The position numbers and the translations under genes are program-made. DNA of 64,000 nt, from the NCBI RefSeq assembly GCF_009914755.1, contig NC_060931.1; one strand, 5' to 3'. Each line of letters starts with the position of its first letter. Position 1 is the first letter of the stretch. Shown piece by piece: positions 23,908 to 36,699 of this stretch. Source of the DNA: the human T2T-CHM13v2.0 reference genome, Homo sapiens. Under the pieces are notes generated by a model that saw nothing but the letters and a program-made list of their open reading frames with translations, was not told the DNA's origin and ran no database searches.

Positions 23908-24278
23908 TGCCACGGTCTGAATGTTTGTGCCCTCCCAAAACTCATGTGCTGGAACCTAACCCCTAACTCCCAAAGGCAGCGGGGCCTTTGGGAGATGATG
24001 AAGTCATGAGGGCAAAGTGCACGTGGATGGGGTTAGTGTCCTTATAAAAGACCCCAGGGAGCTCATACTCTCTCTTCCTGTCCCCATAGCCATCCTGTGA
24101 GGACACAGGAAGACAGTGGCTGTCTATAAGACAATGAGATAGCCCCTGCCAGACACCAAATCTGCCAGCGACTTGATCTTGGACTTCAGCCCCCAGAACT
24201 GGGAGAAACACATTTCTGTTGTTTATAAGCTGTCCCATCTGTGGTCCTCTGTTACCGCAGCCTGCATGGACTGAGACA
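23908..24278 (+). mobile_element. MaLR solo LTR, MLT1A0-like
   Basis: TGCCACGGTCTGAATGTTTGTG..CCTTATAAAAGACCCC..CCAGACACCAAATCTGCCAGC..TTGATCTTGGACTT..GGACTGAGACA. Confidence 0.9.
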
Positions 24279-25354
24279 CCAGCTGACTGCTTCAGGACTG
24301 GATGATCCACGCTGGCCACCCAGTCTTGGAGCTCCCATGGCCAGGCTGAGGTCTGGTGGTGGCTTTCCAAGCTCAGCACCTCCCTCCACCCAATCCTGCC
24401 GCCTCACTCTTCCCCCCGGGTGTGGGTCCTGGGCCTCTCCTCCTATGCTTCCTGCTTGCCAGTCTTCCAGTGTTGGCTTTCTGGGGAGACCCCCTCGATA
24501 AACAGGGCCATTCTCCTTGTCTCCTTCCTCCCATGCCTTGCACTCAGATGGTGGGGAAGACGGTGTAGTTTCACTTTCTGCAACATACACTGGCCCAGAA
24601 AACACATTTAACTTTTCATCTCATCGACCTCCTAACACAGTGCTTAGCACAGCTATAAATATTTATTGTTGACTTTGATTTGTAGAAAAGTATATTTTAC
24701 CTTCATTATAGGAATCTCAACAGATTAAGAATGCTTTTTTGATCATCCTTGAGTTCCCCTTAATAGTTGATTTTGAAATGATTGTCAACAAATTTATGTA
24801 AAATGCTCCTTGAGCTTGTTTTTTCTCCTGGTCTCAAAGGTGGGGAGTGACTGTATTGCTCTCCTCTTTCGGAAGCTCATTTAAGTATGCCTAGTTATGT
24901 TGCATTTCCTGGCGATTCTCTTCCTCACCTTGACATGCATAAATCAAGACCCTCAAAATGTTAAAAATGTGGCCATGTAAGCCAAACCTCTTTTAAAATT
25001 AAAATGAGTATGAAAAATGTTCCCATTATGTAATGTTTATGTAATGGTTTTGCTCTTGTCCAAACTAAGCAACAGCTTTGTAATAGTCTAAGTTAATGAA
25101 TGATGGAATCATCAAGAGACACCTCTCCCATCTTTAGAGATGAGGCAAGTGCGGGGGAGACCGGCAGGTGTCCGGGAGTTCTCCATGGGGCTCAGTGCAG
25201 CGAGTGTTTACACCGGAGGAAGGCTGAGAGTCCTGAGCTTAAGAGTTTTGGTGCATGACTATTTGCATTTATTTTTTCTGAGAACTGATTATGCATATTC
25301 CTTGTCTATTTTTCTAAAGATGATCAACTATGTTCTTTTAGGCAGCAACATAAA

Positions 25355-25990
25355 AAATTTTACCTATCCAATTGACAAAGGTTAAAAATGAGTATAGTTG
25401 CATGCAGCATTAATAAACCCGTGGGGTGAAACATACTGTCACACACTGTGAGTGGAATACAATCATTTATATCCACACAGTCTTTCAGAGGGAAATGTAA
25501 CATCATTTATAAAATCTACAGTGTGCACGGTGTTTGACCCAATGCTTTCACCGCTAAGAATTCAGCCTACAGATTTGCTCACACAAATAGGCAAAGGTGT
25601 GTGAGTGGTGGTTATTGTAGCGTTATGTGCAATTATAAAATATTGGAAACAAATGTTTTGTATAGAAACCTACTTGAATGGGCCATGATATAGTTATACA
25701 ATGGGATATTTTGTGACTGTCTGGATTGATGAGGCAAATCTATATGAACTTCCATGGAGAGAGAGTGGAGGTGTCTCAGAAATCAAAGACAGCAAGCTTC
25801 AGAATAATGTTTATCTTTCTATGTTTAGAAAAAAGATTCTGCATGTGTGCAAATACACGTACATATATGGCAAGGTGTCCAAGCAGTGGTCGGTAATGGT
25901 TACATGGGACTGAAGGGCCAGGCAAGAGGCAAGACTTTTATTATTACTGTAAATCCGTCTCTTCTAATTTTACTAGAAAAAAATATCAAT
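25355..25990 (+). mobile_element. Ancient L1ME4-like 3' fragment
   Basis: TTTGACCCAATGCTTTCACCGCTAAGAATT..AAAATATTGGAAACAA..ATACAATGGGATATT..AGCAAGCTTCAGAATAATG. Confidence 0.7.
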
Positions 25991-26104
25991 TTTAAATTAA
26001 AAAGAACTTAGTGAAAACCCACAATTTCTAAAACTTTAAGCTAATGAAGAGCATGTTAAAAAAAGAAAGACATTAAGCATTGAATTAAAAAAAATCATGT
26101 TTGG

Positions 26105-26395
26105 GGCTGGGCGCAGTGGCTCGCACCTGTAATCCCAGCACTTTGGGAGGCTGAGGCAGGAGGATCACTTCAGGCCAGGAGTTCAAGACCAGCCTGTCCA
26201 ACATGGTGAAACCCCATCTCTACTGAAAATAGAAAAATTATCCAGGTGTGGTGGGGTGCACCTGTAATCCCAGCTACTCAGGGAGGCTAAGGCACAAGAA
26301 TCACTTGAACCTGGGAGCTGGAGGTTGCAGTGAGCTGAGATCTTGTCACTGCACTCCAGCCTGGGTGACACAGTGAGACTCTGTCTCCAAAAAAA
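26105..26395 (+). mobile_element. AluSz-like
   Basis: Full two-arm Alu; GGATCACTTCAGGCCAGGAGTTCAAGACC; short A tail. Confidence 0.93.
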
Positions 26396-26840
26396 GTGTT
26401 TTGTAATGTTTATAATTAATTTATCTTACTTAATAAAGTTTCAAGGAATTTTTAAAATCTTCTTTTTGTGATTGAGGCTTTGATATAGGATCAATGTATC
26501 ACTAGGCCAGTTAATTATTCTAGGACATTACACCACCTACTCTCTGGGCGAAAAGAATGTGACTGTGTTGACTTGTAACAAGAATGTTCTAGTTGGTTCA
26601 GTTTATTCAAAAATTATTACATGAGTTATTGTTACTGACTTATGGACTGATGATAGTCAATTAAGAGTTAAGGCAGCTTACCAAGGTAGAAAGAACCCAA
26701 ATCAGATTAACTTCAGATCCAGCAGAACAGCTCAGCCTGCCCACGAGGCTGTTGCTTTCCTAGGAAATTATCCCAGGGAAGTAAAAAGTGTTAGTAGTGG
26801 AGGTTTGGGCTGCTGGTTGCCCCCCAACATCCATTCTCCC

Positions 26841-27260
26841 TGTATTAGTCTGTTCTCACACTGCTATAAGGAAATACCCGAGACTGGGTAATCTATAAAG
26901 AAAAGAGGTTTAATTGGTTCGTGGTCTGCAGATTGTACAGGAAGCATGGTGCCAGTATCTGCTCAGCTTCTGGGGAAGCCTCAGGAAACTTACAGTCATG
27001 GCAGAAGGTGAAGGAGAAGCAGGTACGTCTTACACAGCCAGAGCAGGAGGAAGAGAGGGACGGGGGATGTGCCACACACTTTTAAACAACCAGATCTCGT
27101 GAGTACTCTATCAGAAGAACCACACCAAAGAGATGGTGCTAAATCATTAGACACCACCCCCATGGTCCAATCACCTCCCACCAGGCCCCACCTCCAGCAC
27201 TGAGGATTACATTTCAACATGAGATTTGGGTGGGGACACACACAGATCCAAACCATATTG
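26841..27260 (-). mobile_element. MSTA solo LTR nested in MLT1J
   Basis: TGTATTAGTCTGTTCTCACACTGCTATAAGGAAATACCCGAGACTGGGTAA..GATCCAAACCATAT; TSD CTCCC/CTCCT. Confidence 0.92.
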
Positions 27261-27814
27261 CTCCTCCTCTTCCAGTAACCTCTTGTTTTAGCAAGACACC
27301 TGGCTACCTGCTACAAGAGGATGTTTGTCAGCCTCCTTTGGAGTTAGGTGCAGTTCTATGAGTAAGCCCAGTGAGATGTGAGTAGAAATGTTAAATGAAA
27401 CTTCCAGAAGGAGGATTACAGGAAGCTGACTCAGCCAGAGGCACAGCCCTTTAGTTGTTCTGCTTTTGCTACTGCTTGTGGCTTGCAACACAAACATGAT
27501 AGCTGGAGTTCAGGCAGCCACCTTTCACCATGAGGTAACCTGAGGATGGAAGCCAGCCCTTACGAACACTGAGCAGAAGACCAGAAAGATGGCCAGTGAT
27601 ATAATGGAGCTGCCATACCTACCCATGGACTTTATATGTGTGCTCTTCCTAGAGGAAGAAATAAACTTGGTGGCTACCAGTTCAAGCCTGGCTTCCAAAT
27701 ATCTCCTAAGGGTTCCTCCACCACCTCTCTTTTCCTATCTACAAGCTGAATGGGGATGAGAAGAGAGTGAAGCCCTAGAATATGGCAAAGTCACCCAAAG
27801 TAGCACAAATTATA

Positions 27815-28167
27815 AGGCCGAAAGTCAGCATGGATGTGCTCTCTGAAGCCTGCAGAGGAGACGCCCTCTTTGCCCCTCCTGGCTTCTGGCGTTTGCCAGC
27901 AATTCTTAGTGTTTCTCGGCTGTTGACTCATCACCCCAGTCTCTGTCTCCACGGTCACCTGCTGTTCTGCCCATGTGTCTGTGTCCTGTCCAAATCTCCC
28001 TCTTTATAAAAGGACACCAGTCACATCACATTAAAGGGCCCTTCTACTCCAGCATGACTTCATCTTAACTAATTCCATCTGCAATGACCCTACTTCCAAA
28101 TGAGGCCACATTCTGAGGTACTGAGGGTTAGGACTTCAACATGTGTTTTTAGAGGACACAATTAACA
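27815..28167 (-). mobile_element. MLT1B/MLT1C LTR fragment nested in MLT1J
   Basis: CCAAATCTCCCTCTTTATAAAAGGACACCAGTCA..ATGACTTCATCTTAACTAATT..CACATTCTGAGGTACTGAGGGTTAGGACTTCAACAT. Confidence 0.85.
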
Positions 28168-28439
28168 GCCTGATTAATTGATCTTGTGTAACTTTGATCT
28201 TGTTTAGAGTACTATTATTTAAAATTTTACTGTTATATGCAGCTGAACTAATCCTAACTGGTACCCAGCGGGGTCAGCTTATTATTACACTCTCTCACTC
28301 TGTGTATTACTTTATTAGTATTACTGAGGAATAATTATAGACAGTAAAAAACTTTAAAGGACAAATAACTTGTAAAATTGTTAATAAAATGAAAATATAA
28401 AAGGTTCTCTGTTTAAGATTGCAGACTGTGTTAACAATT

Positions 28440-28612
28440 CTTCTCTCCAAATCCCAAATCTGTACTTAGTAGCTTTTATAACCTTGAACCCGTTACTTGG
28501 CCTCTCAATAATGCCTTATAAGATTGAAGATGATAAGATGATTAAATGAGTTAATACATGTAAAGCACTTAGAGAAGTGCCTGGTAAGTAATAAACACTC
28601 AATAATTGCTAG
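28440..28612 (+). mobile_element. MIR
   Basis: GATTAAATGAGTTAATACATGTAAAGCACTTAGAGAAGTGCCTGG..CACTCAATAA. Confidence 0.8.
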
Positions 28613-29954
28613 ATCTGATCCTGAGATTTTTACAGCTGATATTTATTGAGAGCTAACATGGAAATGTTAGAAAAAGATAAAAATTGGAATAGATCAGTAC
28701 ATAGCACTGCTAGAAAAATTAAAAGCGAACTATCATTCAATTAGAAACTCTTACCATTTTTGAGACAAGATAGGGTTGGAATTACAGATCTGAAGAGTTT
28801 GCAACTCAAGAAAGGAAAATATGGTATTGATAGTCCCTGCAGATCTTTAAAAGACATTCAAGCTCAGCATCAGAAGAGCTGGGGAGGGGTGGCGAGGCTG
28901 AGGTGCAATTTAAATACATCTTTGCCATACCAATGTGTCACTCTGCACACACAGACTAGTGCGCTGGGGCTGGCAGGAATGACCCCAAGTATGAGATGTT
29001 TTTAAAGGAGCAGGTCTTCCAGTAGACTTTGGTCCTGAGAGAAGAGGATACGGAAAAAATAAAAGAGAAGCTTTTAAAGAGGTGGCTGAATTAGCATGTG
29101 TTCACTTTTCCTGCTTCTTCAAATCTCATTGAAATGACAAAAGAAATTTTTAAAAATTGAGTTTAGGAAGGTTTCCACCAGCAGAGCGAGCAGTAAGGAA
29201 TCGCTGGAAGATACCTCGTGAATGGACAGAATGGATCCATTTGGAGGATGAAAACCAACAAAGAGTCAGCAGTCCCGACCAGGCCAGAAAGAACCTGGGG
29301 AAAAGTGGCTTTTCCCACAGAATTCAGTCAGAATAGACACAGAATTTGAGACATCACAGGTTGGAAGAAGGAGCCCGGGGTCTCATTACGTCAGTGATTA
29401 ATCACAAAGTGGGGTCCTGCTTCTGAACTCACTGGCCTCGGCGTTTCCAGTTAGGCGAGATCTGCAAATATCTTTTTGTGACTTGTGAATCCTGTGCCCA
29501 GACGAAGCCACAGCCATCATGAAGAGGGAGTTCCTGCACCCAGAGGCCTAACACCCTTCAACAGACAGATGCTCATCGGGCCACCCCCATTCCCCGCTCA
29601 CTGCTCCCTGTAAACAGCCTGGGCCTGGGCCCCTGCACTCCCTGCAAGGAGAACCGATTCCCATAGTGAAATCTGCTCAACCCACACCCTTGTCCAGAAA
29701 GCCGTATCCACAACAAGGGAAAGAATCATTCAATGTTGGAGAAAACAAACAATACGAAGAAACGTGCCAAAATCAATATTTAAAAAATACATTCAGAGAA
29801 ATTGGAAAGGATAGCTCATGCATACAAATAGAAGAGATGATATGAAAGTGAATTTATCAAATATATTATGAATTTAAAATATGAATGTAAAAACAAACAA
29901 AAACCTCCGTAGAAGGTTCTAATAGCAGGAAGAGCCAGATTAAAAAACAGGTTA

Positions 29955-30688
29955 GTAAATATAGCCATTATGAAAAACAGTACGGCGGTTCCTTAAAAAA
30001 CTAAAAATAGAACTACCATATGATCCAGCAATCCCACTTCTGGGTATAGACCCAAAGGATTGAAATCAGTATGCAGAAGGGTGTTTGCACTCCTGTGTTC
30101 ACTGCAGCACTATTCACAATAGCCAAGACACAACCTAAGTGTCCATCAGCAAATGAATGGATCAAGAAAAATGTGATACAATGGCACAACATAACAATAC
30201 TATTCAGCCATATAAAAGGAGGAAATCCTGTCATGTGCTACAACATGGGTGAACCAGGAAGACATTATGCTAACTGAAATAAGCCAGGCACAGAAAGATA
30301 AATACTGCATGATCTAACTTAGATGAAAAATCTAAAGGAGTTTAACTCATAGAAGTAGAGAGTAGAACAGAGGTGATTAGAGGCTGGGGGTGGGGGCGGG
30401 AGGATTGGGCGGGAAAAGGGGAAATGTTGGTCAAAGGGTACACAGTTTTGGATAGACAGGAGGAATAAGCTTTAGTGATCTATTGCACAGAAAGTGATTA
30501 TAATAAATAATGATGCATTATGCCTTTCAAAATTGCTAAAAGAGAAATGATAAGTATGCGGGGGGGGGTGGATATGTTAATTAGCTTGATTTAATCATTC
30601 CACAATGTAAACATATATCAAAATATCACATTGTGCCCATCAATAGATACAATTATTATTTGTCAATTAAGAAATAAAATTAATAAAA
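29955..30688 (+). mobile_element. L1MA7/8-like 3' end
   Basis: AAAATAGAACTACCATATGATCCAGCAATCCCACTTCTGGGTAT..GGATATGTTAATTAGCTTGATTTAATCATTCCACAATGTA..TTGTCAATTAA plus A-rich end. Confidence 0.9.
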
Positions 30689-30708
30689 GCAAAGAACTGT
30701 AGATATTA

Positions 30709-31187
<479 letters not shown>

Positions 31188-31865
31188 TTAGGACACGAGA
31201 AGCTGGAGCTAAATTGTTTTCACAGAAGACAATGCAAGAAAAGAAGAAAATGAGAGAAAGACTGAAAGAAGTGGGAAATAGATCCATACATGTTCACAGC
31301 TGTGGAACAGAAGATATGATCAGAGAAATGACAGAAGACTTGCTGTGTAAACAAAGACTCCGAGTTTCCCATGGGAAGGGACTCACGGCGCCAAGCATGC
31401 CCACTCCCTCACATGACTTACAGAGATTTCAGGTTACCAAGGTTCCAGAAAAGCCATAGACTTGGGAAGAAACCAGCTTACGTACAAAGGTGCAATGATC
31501 ACACTGACATGAAATTAGTTACTGACAGCATGGCTATGTGAGAATGAAATAATGCCTTTAAATTTTATTAGAAAAATTATTATTTAAAACCTAGAATTTG
31601 ACACCTAGTTAAAATTTGATACAAGCACAAAAATAAGATAAAGATAATATATTTCAGATTCAGATTTTTAAAACTTACCAATATTTAAATCTTGCTGAAG
31701 GAGCTCATAGTGAATATATTCCAACAAAAGCAATAACAGAGATGCAGGTGAAAATGCAGATGTGGGACACAGAAAGACAAAATAGCAAAGGATACATACT
31801 TAACTGTTGTGGGCACAGCTGAAAACATGAAGCCGAAAATGAAGGCAATTGTTAAAAAACTACTC

Positions 31866-32831
31866 TTTTTTTTTTTTTTTTTTTACTTTAAGTTCCAGGA
31901 TACATGTGTAAAACATGCAGGTTTGTTACATAGGTATACATGTGCCATGGTGGTTTGCTGCACCTAGCAACCCATCATCTAGGTTTTAAGCCCCACATGC
32001 ATTAGGTATTTGTCCTAATGTTCTCCCTCCCCTTGCCCCCATGTCCCGACAGGCCCTGGTGTGTGATGTTCCTCTCCCTGTGTCCATGTATTCTCATTGT
32101 TCAACTCCCACTTATGAGTGAGAATATGCGGTGTTTGGTTTTCTGTTCCTGTGTTAGTTTGCTGAGGATGATGGCTTCCAGCTTCATCCATGTCCCTGCA
32201 AAGGACATGATCTCATTCCATTTTATGGCTGCATAGTATTCCATGGTGTATATGTACCACATTTTCTTTACCCAGTTTATCATTGATGGGCATTTGGGTT
32301 AGTTCCATGTCTTTGCTATTGTAAATAGTGCTGCAATAAACATGCATGTGTCTTAATAGTAGAATGATTTATATTCCTTTGGGTGTATAACCGGTAATGG
32401 GATTGCTGAGTCAAATGATATTTCTGGTTCTAGATCCTTGAGGAATCGCCACGCTGTCTTCCACAATGCTTGAACTAATTTACATTCCCACCAACAGTGA
32501 AAAAGTGTTCCTATTTCTCCACAGCCTCACCAGCATCTATTGTTTCTTGACTTTTTAATAATTGCCATTCTGACATGTGAGATGGTATCTCATTGTGATT
32601 TTGATTTGCATTTCTCTAGTGACCAGTGATGATGAGCATTTTTTCATGTTTGTTGGCTGCACAGATGTCTTCTTTTGAGAAGTGTCTGTTCATATCCTTT
32701 GCCCACTTTTGGATGGGGTTGTTTCTTTCTTGTAAATTTGTTGAAGTTCCTTGTAGATTCTGGATATTAGACCTGTGTCAGATGGGTAGACTGGCCAAAA
32801 TTGACAAATGGGATCTAATTAAACTAAAGAG
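31866..32831 (-). mobile_element. 5'-truncated L1PA8-like element with a 38-bp 5' inversion
   Basis: Poly-T, then 3'UTR AGGTTTTAAGCCCCACATGCATTAGGTATTTGTCCTAATG; ORF2 C-terminus YTMEYYAAIK; 32794-32831 is + strand ORF2 (AKIDKWDLIKLKS). Confidence 0.92.
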
Positions 32832-34054
32832 TACAAAACCGTGGCAGACGTCATCTTCATATGTGAATTCAGAACCCAACTGGGAGGTGACAAGGCCACT
32901 GACTTTGTCATGACTTGGGGTTCCTGGGATTACGCAAAGAAAAATGAATTCAGACATAGACTTTCAACACGTGGCCTGTCTGAGGACAGAAAGATCTCAA
33001 AGAAGCAGCAGAGGGAATGCAAGGGCAGAGTGAGGAAGTGAGGGGTGCTGCGGGGCTGGTGTTGGCACTGGCAGACAGCAGGCGGGAGACTGCAGAGTGG
33101 CCAAGGGAGATTCTGCATGACTTCAGCCGCGGTTGTCGTGTGCATCTCTCAAGAGGAGTAATAAACTGTAAAAACTTAAAAAAAAACCCCACTAAATTCA
33201 TATTCTATAACATTTGTAGATACACAAAAATGTAGATAAAGAATAAAACTGCACATGGGAGTGGTGAACGCTGCACTGGTGAAAGTCTCTACTAGAAAGG
33301 GAGAAACAGGGGCCAAGTGTATTTGTAATTCTTCATTAGAAACAAATAATAGTAAGACGCAATATTAAGATACACAAACATCATCTGCATACGTGCGTGT
33401 GTTCATTACGCATTTATTTTTGTTTATTTGAAATGTAAATCTAAAAATGATGATTTTATACTACAATTACCACAAAAACTAAACCCAGTTCAATTTACCA
33501 AAAAATAAAAGATATGTCACTGGTGATAGCAAAAAGGTATTCTCAAAGAACAGATTAGAATTTTACTGGGTTTTGAAATCCCTGACTTGCCCTATCTCAT
33601 CAGGGTGTGACTAGAGGGTAACTGTGCGTGTCTCAGGCCAAAGAAAGATTTTTATTTTTGTACTAAAGATCATTTATTTTGTTCATCTTAAGGAAAAGGT
33701 AGCTGTTCCTCTATCTACTTTCCAGCTGTGAAATTTGTGAAGATAATCGTGTTGGTGAAGAAGCTGGGCTCATGGTGCAGGTAGGGTCAGCGCTGGGGGC
33801 AGCAGGGGTCGTCCTGGAAGCCGTTTCTCCCTGGATGGCCATGATCACCCCACTGTGCATCCAGAGAACTGCCTGTCACGTCCAAGTCCCCCTCCAAACA
33901 AAACGTGTGCGTCCCCCACCACAACATCTCCTGGACTCCGCTGGCTCTGTTCCTCCCCGTGCCACCCAGCCCTGAGATTTAGCAACATGCACAACATCCA
34001 GCGTCTCCCCACTGTCTGCCTTGGGTTCCTTGGTTACTCTTGGGGTGCTCTCCC

Positions 34055-34190
34055 GTAGGCTGACTTCCCAATCTATGTCTCCAACTCAACCTCTCCCATC
34101 AGCTCCACCCTGACGTTCCAGCTTAGATTTCCCATCAACAGCAGAAGTTCCACCATTTCAGAATGAGCCCATTTGCCCCTAAGCTCAGAC
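34055..34190 (+). mobile_element. L2 fragment left of the VNTR
   Basis: TGACTTCCCAATCTATGTCTCCAACTCAACCTCTCCCATCAGCTCCA resembles the L2 internal motif TGACTCCCAAATCTATATCTCCAGCCCAGACCTCTCC. Confidence 0.6.
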
Positions 34191-36693
34191 CTATATGCTG
34201 AGTCTGTCTACCTGCTGGAGACTGTCCTGTTTCTCCTCTATGCTGAGTCTGTCTACCTGGTGCAGACTGTCCTGTTTCTCCTCTATGCTGAGTCTGTCTA
34301 CCTGGTGGAGACTGTCCTGTTTCTCCTCTATGCTGAGTCTGTCTACCTGGTGGATACTGTCCTGTTTCTCCTCTATGCTAAGTCTGTCAACCTGGTGGAG
34401 ACTGTCCTGTTTCTCCTCTGTGCTGAGTCTGTCTACCTGCTGGAGACTGTCCTGTTTCTTCTCTATGCTGAGCCTGTCTACACGGTGGAGACTGTCCTGT
34501 TTCTCCTCTATGCTGAGTCTGTCTACACGGTGGAGACCGTCCTGTTTCTCCTCTGTGCTGAGTCTGTCTACCTCGTGGAGACTGTCCTGTTTCTTCTCTA
34601 TGCTGAGCCTGTCTACACGGTGGAGACTGTCCTGTTTCTCCTCTATGCTGAGTCTGTCTACACGGTGGAGACCGTCCTGTTTCTCCTCTATGCTGAGCCT
34701 GTCTACCTGGTGGAGACTGTCCTGTTTCTTCTCTATGCTGAGCCTGTCTACACGGTGGAGACTGTCCTGTTTCTCCTCTATGCTGAGTCTGTCTACACGG
34801 TGGAGACTGTCCTGTTTCTCCTCTATGCTGAGTCTGTCTACACGGTGGAGACTGTCCTGTTTCTCCTCTATGCTGAGTCTGTCTACCTGGTGGAGACTGT
34901 TCTGTTTCTCCTCTATGCTGAGTCTGTCTACATGGTGGAGACCACCCTGTTTCTCCTCTGTGCTGAGTCTGTCTACCTGGTGGAGACTGTCCTGTTTCTT
35001 CTCTATGCTGAGCCTGTCTACACAGTGGAGACTGTCCTGTTTCTCCTCTATGCTGAGCCTGTCTACACGGTGGAGACCGTCCTGTTTCTCCTCTGTACTG
35101 AGTCTGTCTACCTGGTGGAGACTGTCCTGTTTCTTCTCTATGCTGAGCCTGTCTACACGGTGGAGACTGTCCTGTTTCTCCTCTATGCTGAGTCTGTCTA
35201 CACGGTGGAGACCGTCCTGTTTCTCCTCTATGCTGAGCCTGTCTACCTGGTGGAGACTGTCCTGTTTCTTCTCTATGCTGAGCCTGTCTACACGGTGGAG
35301 ACCGTCCTGTTTCTCCTCTATGCTGAGCCTGTCTACCTGGTGGAGACTGTCCTGTTTCTCCTCTATGCTGAGTCTGTCTACCTGGTGGAGACTGTCCTGT
35401 TTCTCCTCTATGCTGAGTCTGTCTACATGGTGGAGACTGTCCTGTTTCTCCTCTATGCTGAGCCTGTCTACATGGTGGAGACTGTCCTGTTTCTCCTCTA
35501 TGCTGAGCCTGTCTACACGGTGGAGACTGTCCGGTTTCTCCTCTATGCTGAGTCTGTCTACATGGTGGAAACTGTCCTGTTTCTCCTATATGCTGAGTCT
35601 GTCTACCTGGTGGAGACTGTCTTGTTTCTCCTCTGTGCTGAGCCTGTCTACATGGTGGAGACTGTCCTGTTTCTCCTCTATGCTGAGCCTGTCTACACGG
35701 TGGAGACTGTCCTGTTTCTCCTCTGTGCTGAGTCTGTCTACATGGTGGAAACCGTCGTGTTTCTCCTCTATGCTGAGCCTGTCTACACGGTGGAGACCGT
35801 CCTGTTTCTCCTCTATGCTGAGTCTGTCTACCTGGTGGAGACTGTCCTGTTTCTCCTCTATGCTGAGCCTGTCTACATGGTGGAGACTGTCCTGTTTCTC
35901 CTCTGTGCTGAGTCTGTCTACCTGGTGGATACTGTCCTGTTTCTCCTCTATGCTCAGTCTGTCAACCTGGTGGAGACTGTCCTGTTTCTCCTCTATGCTG
36001 AGTCTGTCTACACGGTGGAGACTGTCCTGTTTCTCCTCTATGCTGAGCCTGTCTACACGGTGGAGACTGTCCTGTTTCTCCTCTGTGCTGAGTCTGTCTA
36101 CACGGTGGAGACTGTCCTGTTTCTCCTCTATGCTGAGCCTGTCTACACGGTGGAGATTGTCCTGTTTCTCCTCTGTGCTGAGTCTGTCTACACGGTGGAG
36201 ACTGTCCTGTTTCTCCTCTATGCTGAGCCTGTCTACATGGTGGAGACTGTCCTGTTTCTCCTCTATGCTGAGTCTGTCTACCTGGTGGAGACTGTCCTGT
36301 TTCTCCTCTATGCTGAGCCTGTCTACATGGTGGAGACTGTCCTGTTTCTCCTCTGTGCTGAGTCTGTCTACACGGTGGAGACCATATTGTTTCTCCTCTA
36401 TGCTGAGTCTGTCTACATGGTGGAGACTGTCCTGTTTCTCCTCTATGCTGAGTCTGTCTACACGGTGGAGACTGTCCTGTTTCTCCTGTATGCTGAGCCT
36501 GTCTGCATGGTGGAAACTGTCCTGTTTCTCCTCTATGCTGAGTCTGTCTACATGGTGGAGACCATATTGTTTCTCCTCTATGCTGAGCCTGTCTACATGG
36601 TGGAGACTGTCCTGTTTCTCCTATATGCTGAGTCTGTCTACATGGTGGAGACCATATTGTTTCTCCTCTATGCTGAGTCTCCTCTATGCTGAG
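34191..36693. repeat. 45-bp minisatellite (VNTR): 55 full units plus a partial unit
   Basis: Unit CTCTATGCTGAGTCTGTCTACCTGGTGGAGACTGTCCTGTTTCTC; phase is kept exactly from 34191 to 36665 (55 x 45), then a 15-bp partial unit and a 13-bp re-duplication. Confidence 0.99.
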
Positions 36694-36699
36694 CAGATT

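Larger units (their letters stand above)
26795..28265 (+). mobile_element. MLT1J LTR split into three pieces (26795-26840, 27261-27668, 28198-28265)
   Basis: TGGTTGCCCCCCAACATCCATTCTCCC | GCTGACTCAGC..CATGAGGTAACCTGAGGATGGAAGCC..AAATAAAC | TGTTATATGCAGCTGAACTAATCCTAACTGGTAC are collinear with the recalled MLT1J consensus. Confidence 0.8.

Noticed and set aside
34191-36693. CRISPR-like array
   Set aside because: Units are contiguous with no unique spacers, there are no cas genes, and the context is primate.
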